A stretch of 64,000 nt of DNA. Source: Octopus vulgaris (Eukaryota). The notes under the pieces were generated by a model. It was not told the DNA's origin. It saw only the letters and a program-made list of their open reading frames with translations, and did not search any database. The stretch lies in contig OX597816.1 of NCBI GenBank assembly GCA_951406725.2, forward strand, positions 110,298,001-110,362,000, in the 5' to 3' direction. Position 1 is the first letter of the stretch. Every line of letters begins with the position of its first letter. Positions 1-12,439 of the stretch are shown one piece after another. The translations under genes and the position numbers were made by a program.

Positions 1-3000
1 AGAACAACCAGACTTACTAACAAATGTACTTCGCTCAAGATCAAATGTTTCTTCAGTTTTAATCTACTTTGGACTATATCATGTAGCCTTTGAGTGTTTT
101 GAAAATGGCAACATTTGATTGGTGATAGATTTGGTCACTATTTCTATCATATACGGTCTTTATGAAGGAACTCCTTACTAATGTAATGGGTAAGTAGTGA
201 TTGAAGAAGCAGAAACATGATGCTAATCCATAAAAAAGTTGTTATTTTTGAAGATATTCTCAACCTCTAGGATATCCTACACAGATTTATGCGCTCTTGA
301 ATTTTCAACATATCGTGAGAAAAACACATGAGTGGACACAATCATCAACTTTTCCCCATATAAAATATAACTGACACAATGAGACAAATAATTAATACAC
401 AAAGGCGTTTCATTTTTAATTTATTATCCGAGACGTACTTATAATATACACATATATTGGGGAATGCATGGGAAATCTACTCTGCGAGTGTATTAACTAA
501 AATGAACGCTACGTTGTGTGGAATGTGTTGTATGTTTTTCGTGTGCCATTTGGAATTTTGCAGATGTCAGTGAAACCTCTGCTTGTGTTGTCCTAAAATA
601 TTTTCTTCAACTGACGCTTAACTGTTTTCAAGTTGATATCAATCTGAAGAGAGAGATTAGTCCTTCCACTGCATCGTTCTTGTTATATTACTTGAATATT
701 TAGTTTCTTTGGGTTTAAATGCAATAATAATTTGAACTCTTTGTGGGATAAGTAACGTATAGTCCTGATATATTTTAATTCTGCTATTAATCACATTGGC
801 ATCTATTGCATAGAATGTTCATATATATAAGAAAACTATCACAACAATATTCATACAAATATTTGATTTGTTTCTTATTTCATTAATGTTTCACTACCTT
901 GTAGATAACTGATTTAATTGACCTAAAGAAAATATTTGGAAATAGTGATATTCCAAAAGCTAACAGAAAATAGTACTGGAGGGCCTTTTTCTAACTAAAT
1001 GATTACTTACTTCAGTGACACAACACTACAAGTTTAAAATGTAAATATCTAAGTATGTCTATTCTGTGTATTATAACATTGAGCACTTTCAAATTTAGTG
1101 TAATATTTCAGATCATATTGCAATCACTCTTAATATTGTTGCTAGAAATATATGTAAATATTTTAAAGAGAATGTTGCATTAGTCCTAATAGGTAATAAT
1201 TGTAGTATGCTTTGAGGTCAATTATCTGGCTGATAAGCCTAATGTCTCTTATGATTAAATATTTAGATGATTTGGGTTATCTTCCTCCATATGTCATGGA
1301 GAGAAATATTTAAAATATCGCGGTTCGTATCAAAGATGATAAGGTCGAAGACCAAATCTGTGATGGCGATAACATCAAATATGTGGATGTTGGTGTTGGT
1401 GATAATGAAGATAATATTATTGATGATAATAATTATTATATACCCAGTGATGTGATGGGAACGAAGTATTCGCTGATTTGGTAGACTGTTTGTGATCATT
1501 GTAGCATTGTTGGATGTTCCTGTACAAATGCCAAATCAGCCCCTGAAGCTTTTTTGTAATCCTGATTTCTTTATGGTATTCATTACTATCTTTACTCTAT
1601 TCTCATGTGACTTCTACTCTCTTTCCTGTCTGAGTGAGTCTCTTAGTTACATTTCACGAATGCGTGGGTTAGTTTTGCATGTGTTTCTCTAGTGCAACAA
1701 GAGTCAGAGTAAGCCAAATGTAGTTTCTCAAGTTACATATTGCGAATTCAGGCGAAACCTTGAACTTTGTATGAGGCTCTTCTATGTCTTCTTAGAGATT
1801 GGAAAGAGCGAGTAAGTGTTGCTAATGTCCATTATTTAATGTTCCATTGCCAATTGTCCTCGGTCTTCAAGCAAATATTTTATGATATTAATGATAACAA
1901 AATCTCTACATGTACGAGTTGTGATGTGGAAATAATAAAAAAAAATGTTTTTATGTATTTGAGTAATATGGTAGTTTATTTGTGAAGTGACATTCTGTCG
2001 TGATTAAAGAGTATGATGAGCTCTTTTAGGATTTGTGAGACTATGCTTATTGCTCCGCTATGTCTTGGTAACTAACTTTACTTCTTTTTGGTGTTTATCG
2101 AATTTTGGAATTGTGATTTTGCCACATTTGTAGATTCTTCAAATTGGACGACGTTTGCATGAAAATCATTTGGTGTGAAGGTAGTATGAGTGTGATGTTC
2201 TCTGCACTTACGTGGTTTGCAGTTTTAAATCTATTTGTATTATGTGGCCTCTTTCCCAAGATTAGGTAATAGGAATGATTCATATAAAAGTATCAAATGC
2301 TTAATTTTCTGTTCATGACTTCTGTGATAGTTATTGTTATTTTGATTGAACAATTTATAAAATCATAACATCTGTGTGCTACTGAAATGTGGTTATATTA
2401 TTTAATGTTGTAATTGTAAAACGGTACATGGGTACGCCTTGTGAACTTTGCTGTTCATACACCATTGTATATGAATATTTTCCAGATTTCCATTTTCTAG
2501 CGTTTATATATTTGAAACATTTTCTGAAGGTTTCATACAAATAATAATATCGATTGTTCGTGTAAGCTCAACTCCTATGTTTTTATGAGATTCATTATTC
2601 TTAGTGTGTAATGGTTTTTTTATATTTAGGTTGCTTTCAGATATTTGTCTTTTCAATGTATATATAATTACTTTATTGAATGGATGTAAGGCTAATGTCT
2701 ACGTTGTTAATTGCGAGAACTGGAAGATCTGAAAACTTTGGTTCCTTTTCTTAGCAGATGTCGTTTCATTGTGTACATATACAATTTTATACAAACGACA
2801 TTGCATTCTTTATTGGAGGACAAATATCTTATGATAGACCGTAGCCTGAGGAGGATTTGGAAAAATTTTTGCAAACGTTTCTTTCATCCAATTTTGAGAG
2901 AAAAATGTGAATTCGAGGGACAACAATTTTAGTTGTCATGTTAGCGAATATTATTGTGTTGATATTGTATTAGAAAATGTTGAAATATTTGTCTCATTCT

Positions 3001-3081
3001 TTGCATGTAAATGCTTTTATGTGAAACGTATTGCTCTTGGGTAACTTTTGAATCTTTTTGTTCTTGTTGTTTCAGTGTTAT

Positions 3082-4272
3082 TGTTACGGCGGAATCGAAT
3101 CACCCGTCGTCGCCCGTCCCGAACGGCTCACACAAGTTCCGCCACGGAACCCAAAGAGGCGGAGAGAGGAGATACAGATAGATACTGCCACAACCTCAAC
3201 AGCACAGAGATACAGAGGCACAACCCGAGATACAACCCAAAGAGGCAAGGCAACAACTGGCAACACTGGCTTATATTCAAACAACAGTTTATACGACAAT
3301 TACAATTGTTACAACATCAAGATACATCAAAGCATGCACGTGACTACTCAATACATAATACAACAGATCAACGCATAATACAACATCATGTAACAATTCA
3401 AGAGTACACGTCCCAAGACAACAGTTCTTTAAAGTCTCTTCCTAAACATCACAATCAACAAGTCCTTTACTCTTCTTCTTCACAATGTCCTTTATCGACG
3501 ACATCGACAGAGTCCCTGACTGTTCTCTTCACTGTTCAATACACAAATCACATACCTCAATTCCTAATTGAATCTGCCAGTGTCCCATTCCTCTCAATCC
3601 TGCTAATTCCTCTGAATACTGCTAAATCCTTCTGTACATATTCCCTCTGCACATATCCCAATCAGTGCCGCCAAGCTATCGCATCCCAGCTCGCTCCCAA
3701 GAATTCCAACGCTTCCAAGATTCCATCCACTCGCTCTGACCTCCAGAGTCCGTCTCTCTTCTTCGACGACCAGCCACGAACTGCAAGATCCGTCTGCGTT
3801 CCTCGACGACCGCTCAACGACTGCCCTTCTTGACGACCAACTGCGAACTGCCAGACCTCACTTCGTCTCTGTCCTTCTTTCACTCCCCTCATCTCCCTCT
3901 GTCTATATCGCTCTTACCCTTTCTAACTGCCCTGGTCCTTATACCCTATCTATATCGCCTGCTGTCTCTTAGCCTTTCTATTTGCTATCTGATTCCTTAC
4001 TCTATCTATATCGCCTGCTGTCTCTTAGCCTCTCCATCCGTCCCCTACTGCTTATACCCTATCTCTATTTGCTCTCAGCCCTTAATCTGTCCCTTTTCTC
4101 TTACTTCTTCACTGACCCTTTCTCGACCGGCACAAGGGCAAAGGTCCTTCCAAAACCCATTAAACAAGAACCTGTCACATTTTCACCAGACATGATGGTG
4201 CCATTATTCCTATGTGGGTCAACAGAAACACTACACTAATTAAACCCGAAATGCACTTAGCCAACCGTAACA
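3082..4272 (-). mobile_element. Solo LTR of an LTR retrotransposon (Gypsy-like)
   Basis: Begins TGTTACGG (3082) and ends CCGTAACA (4272), an 8-bp terminal inverted repeat with TG...CA ends. Flanked by a TTAT direct repeat (3078-3081 and 4273-4276). Higher GC than flanks, with an internal ~29-bp repeat (tatctatatcgcctgctgtctcttagcct). Strand is tentative, from a TATA-like GGGTATAAG on the minus strand. Confidence 0.75.
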
Positions 4273-5088
4273 TTATTATTTCTGTAACATAATCCCGATT
4301 ATATGTATAGAGGGGCTTTTGCAAACCTTTCGAAAATTTGCCTAACTTTTCGAGCGTTTTAGGTGCCTATTAACGCAGGGTCACTATCAATCTCCGAAAC
4401 TGTTCCACGTGTAGAAAGACACAAATGATACCCTTTGGCTGGAATTCTAGAATTGGCAATATCGTTCTCTTTTCTTATGTTGTTTTCAGTATTAAATTAT
4501 ATGAATTCCACATTAGGGAGCATGTACTGGATGGAGAATTTAAAAGCAATTACATATATGTTGGCCGAGAAATATGATGTATTTATGTTAATAGAATCTA
4601 TCTTGACTGTATCCTAGGCAACTTGACACTATATTATGATGTGTATTTAGTACCTGTGTGTACTAACGCATAAAATGGATTGATGCTAGTAGTGCTTGGG
4701 AATGTTTACGGCACACAAGGTATGAATCTTATCATTATAAAAAAACGTGACGAATCCGATTTAGGACACAAACATCCGTAACATGATTCTATCCGCAAAT
4801 TAAACTAGAGAACGAATTGCCATTGCACAAGCATAGGATTTTAAATATTTATTTATGATCAGGATGTATCCAACCACTAATGATTTTTTATATAATGTAA
4901 CCATGACTGAGACAAGCTACAATGGCCCAGAAATAAATAAGAACCATTAGATAAGTAAATTGAAAAGGAATCGGAATTGTTTCACTAGGCTGCAAACATG
5001 ATGTAATTTTTCACCAAATTATATAGTTTGTAATTACTCAAAATAAAAACTATGTCTTTATAATATTACAATGTACTGTCTTAAAACG

Positions 5089-5130
<42 letters not shown>

Positions 5131-6265
5131 ATAGATAGATAGATAGAAACGTTTATTTGAAAATATAATATATCTAAAGCAAAAACACAATGTTTACGGT
5201 TACCACCGTCTTATAAGTGAACAGTGCACAACATAGATACAGTTAATGAATATAAAGTAAACTATATTTTTGAAAATATTAATAATTGGTGTATTGAAAT
5301 TCAGTTTCTAAATTTAATTGTGTGTATGTGTGTGCAAATGTACACACACTCACATACACACATGTGTACCCCCCCCCCTCACTCACACACGCACGCAAAC
5401 GCAGTTTTTGTAAGTGTACTTTAAATGAAACCATCTTAAATTACAGATTATTTCACATTTACTAAAATTTCGATTCCTACTACCTTTTTCCAATTTAAGT
5501 TGATTCAATTGCAACATTGAGATATATTTCCATTGCATATAAAAGTTACTGCAGAACGAAAGTATATAGCGCATTGTCAATATAATTAAATATGTGGTAA
5601 TTATATTAGATAGATAATTTTCCATCAAATTAGTTAGCAGTAACGAAATATCGTACTACTAATTTTGTTAATGAAGTTTAGTCTTAGTGATGAAGTTCAA
5701 ATTAATATTATAGAGAATTAGACTGTTACGGAATTTGAGTATATATATTTTCTTTGATAACTGTCATATATTACTATAGTATTCTTTCATGCTAGTGTAA
5801 TTTAAGTAAAATGTAATTTAATTTTTTAATTGAAAGTGCTTGAAAGATGATTAAAATTATATAATATGTCAATACTCATTAAATTTTAATGGCATGTGCA
5901 ACCATGCCTGCAACCACTTCGGGATTCCAAACGACCATGCCTGCAACTACTTCGGGATTCCAAAATCGTCTCTAACGTTTTTACAGTAAAATATAATTAA
6001 AACGTAAAGCCTACAACTTTTATTCGTAACGTCAGGTAAATAGTTTTGTTGATTGTGGCTCGAATGAAGACTACTGTATGTTTTAATGTCTAGCATATCA
6101 AGGTGAGATCTCATCATAGGTTTGAAACAATTACATGCGTGCATGCATAAACATAAAAGTAATGCCTATGTCTTTGAGTCTCTCTTAGGTATATATATTT
6201 GCTTGGATACGTGGAATGACTGTATATTTGGGTGCTTTCTGATGGATTTATTCCCTAATATTTAT

Positions 6266-6300
<35 letters not shown>

Positions 6301-8322
6301 TGTACCTGGGTTGTAATGATTTCTCTACATAAGTACTTAACATGCATTTATATATGACCTTTTAATAATATATAGCATTTCTAATAATTTTAGCTTATAT
6401 TTGAAAATAAAGTCTCATAGAGACTTCAAAGTATGTAACAAGATGAGATAAAAAAAATATGAAGAACAAAGAACGCAATAAAAAATAAAGTAATATCACA
6501 AGAAAATTTTAATTCTCAACAACCTATATCACAATTTAATATGCTGAAGAAACTCTTCGTAACGCGTAGACCTCTTACTGTGTGTAATTACATTTGACTA
6601 TTGTATTTACACTAATTTTGATAATTCGAAACGTATTTTACAAATATTGAATAATTTGAAATTGTATTTTTTTACAAAATTGCCCAAATACCTATGTAGG
6701 ATATAAATATATGGACAAATATTAGATTTTAAAAACATAGTGAAAGTAAACCACGAAATTTCAGATGATTGCCGAAAAAAGACTAGTAGTATAAAATTAC
6801 TAGTAGTATAGCAGAGAATATTTCCGAAATTTAGCTGTTAATTTATAAACATAATTTTAAACAGGCAAAGTGAAAATTTGCTTATGTTACATCATAAACG
6901 ATATGGAATTGAAATATGTGAATGTAGCCTTTTAAGAATTCGTTCATATACAAATTTCCCAATGAAAAACAATTTATAAAATAGCCGTTAAAATGCATAT
7001 AGGTAGAGCAGTGCACATTATTCTTCCTGCAATGTTATTAGAAGAGCCAATAAGAAGAGATAAATTCTTTACAATAAAAGGACAAGGCCAGAATATTTTG
7101 GTCGCCGTGATGCAGAGTATAGCCGATGACATCAACCCAATGCTTAAAAGGTACTTAGTTAATGTTAAGTGTGTAATGAAAACCTCTTTAATAAAATAGA
7201 TGAAGATATTTGTTACAAATTAGAGCACAAAGAATTGGTAGAGCTCCGTTTTGGCTAAAAGAATACAGTACTACCCATGCGATTTCATTCGTTTGCATAT
7301 AGAGAAAGGTGTACTTTGACAGCTTCCATTTGTGGGAGAGAGGGTTAGATTTGTCTTTGTGAGAATAAAAATAATGTCTGCTTGGATAGTAATTAAACAA
7401 CTCTTTAGTTTCGGATTTGTGTTCTCATGAAAATATACGATGATTTCAAATTCCACTGAAAAGAAACATTTAACTTAATAATTTGTTCTTCGTACGTTTG
7501 ATATATAAGATTGTGATCATAAAATGTATGCATTAGTTGTGAGTAATACTGACAACAATGGATCTGTAGATCTGATATAGTATAGAAACCCATGGTTACG
7601 ACTTGTAGTAGGTAAGTGATTTTGATGTGTTTCACTCATTGGCTCATTTGATTAGTGCTGTGAGGTACTACTGCATAGTTATATGCAGAAGACTATTACA
7701 TGTGAAAAACAGGCATAACTGAAAATCTAAATGAAGATAAAACAAAATTATTGAAACAGAGGAATCGAAAAACATAAAATTATAACAAATGTAGATGAAT
7801 GAAAAATATTAACTGTTTTATTAATTAAACTCCATTATCAAAATTGCAATTTTCTAAAAGGAAATGGAAAAAATATCTGAATACAATCTCTCTCCAAACC
7901 TTGTTTACAAATTTAGTAGATATTTTCATGAATAAATGAATAAGTCAAAAACAGATAAAATACAACCCAGAATTATATTCATCAATTAACAGTAAGAGAT
8001 TATTGCATACATATAGTTGAATTTCGTTATTTGTTGATTTTATGCAATTATTTAAATTTTACATGTGAGTTGCTATCATTTTGTACCAGTGTCATGGAAG
8101 AAAAAATATTATTTGTAGGTTACGGTTTTATATAATGACAGAAAAATGAAATAGCATTAGGTTATATGGATTGTTCATCAGATTTAGAGAGCTTAAAATG
8201 TAGGAATGTCGTTTTAAAGCATAGTGTTAAGACTCTATATGGAGACATGATTCAGACCCCAACATATATTTACACTTTGCTTGTATAAAATAATTACTTC
8301 CTCTTCCCCTAACTCTGGCACA

Positions 8323-8326
<4 letters not shown>

Positions 8327-8400
<74 letters not shown>
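8327..8400. repeat. (TA)n microsatellite, representative of many in the window
   Basis: Pure TA run. Similar runs near 5091, 11660-12055, 21280, 27220-27350, 27720, 33630-33835, 41820, 52603-52710, 61090 and 63666. Confidence 0.95.
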
Positions 8401-8402
<2 letters not shown>

Positions 8403-8777
8403 TGCAGGAGTGGCTGTGTATTAAATAGCTTGCTTACCAACATTATGGTTCCGGGTTCAGTCCCATTGCGTGGAACCCTGGACAAGTGTCTTGTACTATA
8501 ACCTCGTCCTAAAAGCTTATATATGTATATGTGTGTGTGAGTGTGTGTGTATGCGTGCATGTGCCTGCGTCTGTGCGCTTGTGTTTGTCCTGGCACCATT
8601 GCTTGACAGCCGATGTTGATGTGTTTACGCCCCCATTAATTAACGCTTCGGCCCAAATACCAATAGGTAAGTACTAGGCTTATAAAGAATAAGTCCTGGG
8701 GTCGATTTGTTCGAATAAAGGCGGTGCACCAGCATGGCCGCAATCAAATGAATGAAAAAAGTCAAAGAATAAGAGAG
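8401..8777 (+). mobile_element. tRNA-derived SINE, family A (octopus OK/OR-like)
   Basis: tRNA-like head with A box (GTGGCTGTGT..) and B box (GGTTCAGTCCC), internal (TG)n, and tail ...GGCGGTGCACCAGCATGGCCGCAATCAAATGAATGAAA. Homologous to other copies in the window. Confidence 0.85.
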
Positions 8778-8811
8778 TATGTATATGCGTATATACATCC
8801 ATATATATATA

Positions 8812-9205
8812 TTTCTCTTTTACTTCTCATTTACTTGTTTCAGTCATTTGACTGCGGCCATGGTGGAACACCGCCTTTAGTCGAGCAAATCGACCCCACG
8901 ACTTATTCTTTGGAAGCCTAGTACTTAGTCTATCGATATCTTTTGCCGAACATCTAGGTTACGGGGACGTAAACATACCACCATCGGTTGTCAAACGATG
9001 TTGGGAGGACAAACACACACACAAAAATATATACACACACATACACGCACACACACACACAAACACATATATATACATATATACGACCGGCTTCATTCAG
9101 TTTCCATCTACCAAATACACTCATAAGTCTTTGGTCGGCCCGATGCTATAGTAGAAGATACTTGCCCAAGGTATCACGGAACCATGTGGCTGGTAAGCGA
9201 GCTAC
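8812..9205 (-). mobile_element. tRNA-derived SINE, family A, tail-to-tail with the preceding copy
   Basis: Reverse complement of the same body and tail (ttacttgtttcagtcatttgactgcggccatg ... gaaccatgtggctggtaagc). Confidence 0.85.
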
Positions 9206-11471
9206 ATTATTTCATTTTATTTTCCTTTAAAGGCAGTAAACAGAGTAGCTGCGGGCTGGACAAACACATTAATGAATGAAAATGAAATAAAATGAATAAA
9301 TGAGACACGAAACCCAACTCACACCGATTGGATATTTCTCGAAAACATTTTCTTCTTATAAAAATTCAATATGAGGTTTCAAACCTCTTACATAAAGGAA
9401 GCACTAAAACCTCTTACTTAACATTTTTTTGTTTTTAAAAAACGCACAATTGAGATTATAAACCACTACAAATATTGCAATAAGATGAGGTGTCAAGCCC
9501 TCTAACGAGGCTTTTTCACCTCCTACTCATCAATATATCCATCATAATCACCAATGCCGTTTGAGTTCCTGTACCCTGCCATTTCCCATGCATTATTCAT
9601 GTACGAGGCATATGCCGTGTTAGGACCACCCGGCCATATGTGACATCCCTCTTTAAATCTTTTAAGCTTTTAGCACGCGGAAAACCTTATGACCCCACAG
9701 CTATCTGCGGAGGCCATTCAGGATCCCGTGTGAAGGCCATATCTACTGTCTCTTTATGTTCTTCTACTATTTTTCCACTTACCCACCCTTGTAGAAAAAG
9801 ATAAGTAATTCTTCATCTTTAAGTGTGAGGGTCATTTCTACCACCGTGGGTGGCACAATTTCGAGACATGCAGACGGCACATCATCATCCACCTGCAATG
9901 ACCCGTTCTTTTTTCTTATTTAAGGACATTGTAGTTACTGCATATTCCACATCTATTGTCTCCACAATTCTTCAAACAGAATTTCTAATAACATTTGAAT
10001 GAGAATTGTGCTCTTCTGAGATAATTTTAAGAGCGTTTGGTTGAAGTTTGCTGTTTCTTATGAAATTTTCATCAACTAGAGTGGGATTTGAAAATGTACT
10101 GGTAGGTTTGTTTTCGTAATATGTTGGTAATTTTTGGATCATGTTCTTTCATACACGGAATGATATTTTCTTCGATCTTTTACAACCGTTCTCGGTTGTT
10201 TCATATCTAGATTCATTGTTTCTATAATTCCGCTTTAATTATTTTAAGAATAATTTGAAGGTTCCCTACTAAGTATTCCTAAAAACATAAAGTCATTAAA
10301 AGAAAAAAACGAACAATGATGTTGCCACGATCCTCCTTGATTGTACTTTGTTTACTCAATGTCCCGTAAAGACTCGAAATATTTCCAATAATTGTAGTTC
10401 CTGAAGTCTGTTACAAGTATCAAAATTAAGCTTAATTTTGTGAAGGTCCAGGATAAAAGAAATGAAAGAATTTTGCCACATATTTGCAGACAACGTCACC
10501 AAATAAAATGAACATATAGCGGTTCTCTAAATTTTATTTTAGAATATGAATTTGGTACTCTAAAGGAAAATAAAGGAAAATTGCGTAATATTCCATGAAT
10601 GGCAAACACATACTTTGTTTTCCATTCATGATTTGAAGGAAAACAAAATTTTCACAATATTACCGAATTCATACTCAAGCATAGTATAACAATATCTCGG
10701 GTCATTGGAAGCGAAACAATATAAATAAGTATTATCACAAGCATGTTTTCATAATTTCCTGTCTCTGACAAATGGTGCTATCACACACTCGCATAAGGCA
10801 ACAAATGGAAAGAAAATGTACTACAAAATTATGACATTAACGAACTTTCTGTAAAGAGTGTGGATAAATTGCAATATAGATCGGGAAGCGCTTTGAAAAT
10901 TTTATTCCAGTTTCAGACGGATGAACGAAACTACGTGTATCAGTTATTCAATGAAACACCATAACTGAAGAGATAATCGGTTTGAAAGCTTACAAAGATA
11001 AGACACGAAGCGGAAATGCAAACAGCCTCTGAAAAAGGATACCAAGAAATACTGTATAAACCAGAAGATAATATCAAAGACGGGAAGTCATATAAAAGGA
11101 AACAGTCTATACAACACGCAAAATAGAAAATAATGCTGATAATGAAAATAAGAATGGCTATGATGACGATAATATTAGTAAAACCAATATCATACAACAC
11201 GCACAAACACACACACACACACACACACATACACCTATACGCATGCATACAGACGTACACACAAGCACACGCACAGACATACGTGCGCGCATGTGTGCGC
11301 GTAAGTATATATATATTATAAACTCCCGTTGAAGACCATGTATGAGTGTTCAACGTCTGCCGAACGACCTGTAAATATGATTTGTTTATAGTGATTAAAT
11401 GTTCGTGCCTCACGTTAGGTGTCAGGTGTCGAAGTGATCATATAGCAACGCACCGGCCATGCTGTTAACAT

Positions 11472-11651
11472 CTACCGCTTCCCACACCTACCAACCCTCC
11501 ACACTGTCCCTCCCACGCATCATACTCCGAGCCTTCCAGCGACTCCTGACCGACTCTCCACTTCGCACATCTTCCTCGACCTACCCATTCCTTCCTTCAA
11601 AGGAGTCCACAACCTAAGTGGCCTCCTGGTCCACAGTTACTTCCCTAACCC
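11472..11651 (+). mobile_element. Penelope-like element RT C-terminal/linker fragment (frameshifted)
   Basis: Manual translation [26 protein letters not shown] / [24 protein letters not shown] fits the PLE pattern TYHP...I....F..L..D.....IF...P...F.R..NL...LV.S. Confidence 0.7.
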
Positions 11652-11708
11652 CATCTCCCAACCTATATGTATGTATATATATATATGTATATATATATAT
11701 GTGTATGT

Positions 11709-11739
<31 letters not shown>

Positions 11740-11807
11740 TATATGTATATGTATATATACATGTATATATATATGTATATATATGTATATATATATATAT
11801 GTATATA

Positions 11808-11867
<60 letters not shown>

Positions 11868-11874
11868 TATGTAT

Positions 11875-11930
11875 AAAAAAAATAAGTCAAAATAGAAAAT
11901 GCTAAAATAATTTTATAAAGAACATTTCAG
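11875..11930 (-). other. 56-nt T-rich tail fused to the U6 3' end; putative 3' terminus of a (TA)n-inserting retroelement
   Basis: Minus strand reads CTGAAATGTTCTTTATAAAATTATTTTAGCATTTTCTATTTTGACTTATTTTTTTT, directly after the U6 TTTTT and directly before (TA)n. Identity as an element end is inferred. Confidence 0.4.
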
Positions 11931-11983
11931 AAAAATTTGGAACGGTTCACGAATTTGCGTGTCATCCTTGCGCAGGGGCCATG
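11931..11983 (-). pseudogene. U6: U6 snRNA 3'-half retrocopy (about nt 55 to the 3' end)
   Basis: Minus strand CATGGCCCCTGCGCAAGGATGACACGCAAATTCGTGAACCGTTCCAAATTTTT matches the conserved U6 3' half (ISL to U-tail) with 1-2 differences. The 5' half and ACAGAGA box are absent. Confidence 0.95.
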
Positions 11984-12007
11984 TATATGTATATATATAT
12001 ATGCATT

Positions 12008-12054
<47 letters not shown>

Positions 12055-12062
<8 letters not shown>

Positions 12063-12199
12063 TTCGAGACAAAACCACTATTTTGCAAATCAAACAAGGA
12101 AAGACTTAATCAATACATAAAAAAAATTTAATATAAAGTAAATAAATCGCCACTACAATTGTTTCATGTCTTCAAATGACATTCGTCAGGTGGATTATG
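12055..12199 (-). mobile_element. PLE-type terminal repeat (pseudo-LTR) fragment in (TA)n, containing a hammerhead
   Basis: The gaga(c/t)aaaaccactatt..gcaaatcaaacaa.gaaa.acttaa.c block recurs at ~21350, ~61320 and ~63430, always abutting (TA)n. 12178-12200 matches 21813-21835 (20/23), which lies downstream of a GIY-YIG ORF. Confidence 0.7.
12150..12193 (-). ncRNA. Minimal type I hammerhead ribozyme (PLE type)
   Basis: Minus strand: CCAC-CUGACGA-AUGUC-auuugaa-GACAU-GAAA-CAAUUG-UA^GUGG. Stem I CCAC/GUGG, perfect 5-bp stem II, intact core, palindromic CAAUUG in place of helix III, GUA cleavage triplet. Confidence 0.85.
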
Positions 12200-12439
12200 T
12201 ATGTATATATATGCATGTATATATATACGGCTATATATATATGTATGTATAGTGGGGGATGGGAAGGGTTATATAACATAATGTTCGTAGCCACTTTACC
12301 GTAGCTGTTCCGTTCGAGCGGACTTTACTACGAATATTTTATCCCAAGAGGACATTTCCTCTAGCTGCATCTCTTAGAAAGATTTTAAAACTGTACACAT
12401 ATACACACACATACATGCGACAATACATGAAGATATAAG

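Noticed and set aside
1263-1499. Hydrophobic or Asp-rich short ORFs
   Set aside because: Driven by GAT/AAT low-complexity sequence; the Asp-rich frame has an internal stop.
1690-3077. Possible very decayed RT-like coding region on the minus strand (PNPP..YGL, QGVPM-like words)
   Set aside because: The motifs need several frameshifts and stops to line up, which is too weak to call without a profile search.
3048-3833. Longest ORF (261 aa) as a gene
   Set aside because: No ATG start or recognisable domain, and it lies almost wholly within the solo LTR.
9480-9990. GC-richer block, perhaps a decayed LINE ORF1 on the minus strand
   Set aside because: All minus-strand frames I translated are interrupted and show no diagnostic motif.
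11618-11905. YI/IY-rich, HT-rich and poly-I/N/Y ORFs here and throughout the window
   Set aside because: Translations of (TA)n, (CA)n and (TAA)n microsatellites.
11931-11983. Functional U6 snRNA gene
   Set aside because: Lacks the 5' stem-loop, the ACAGAGA box and upstream promoter elements.
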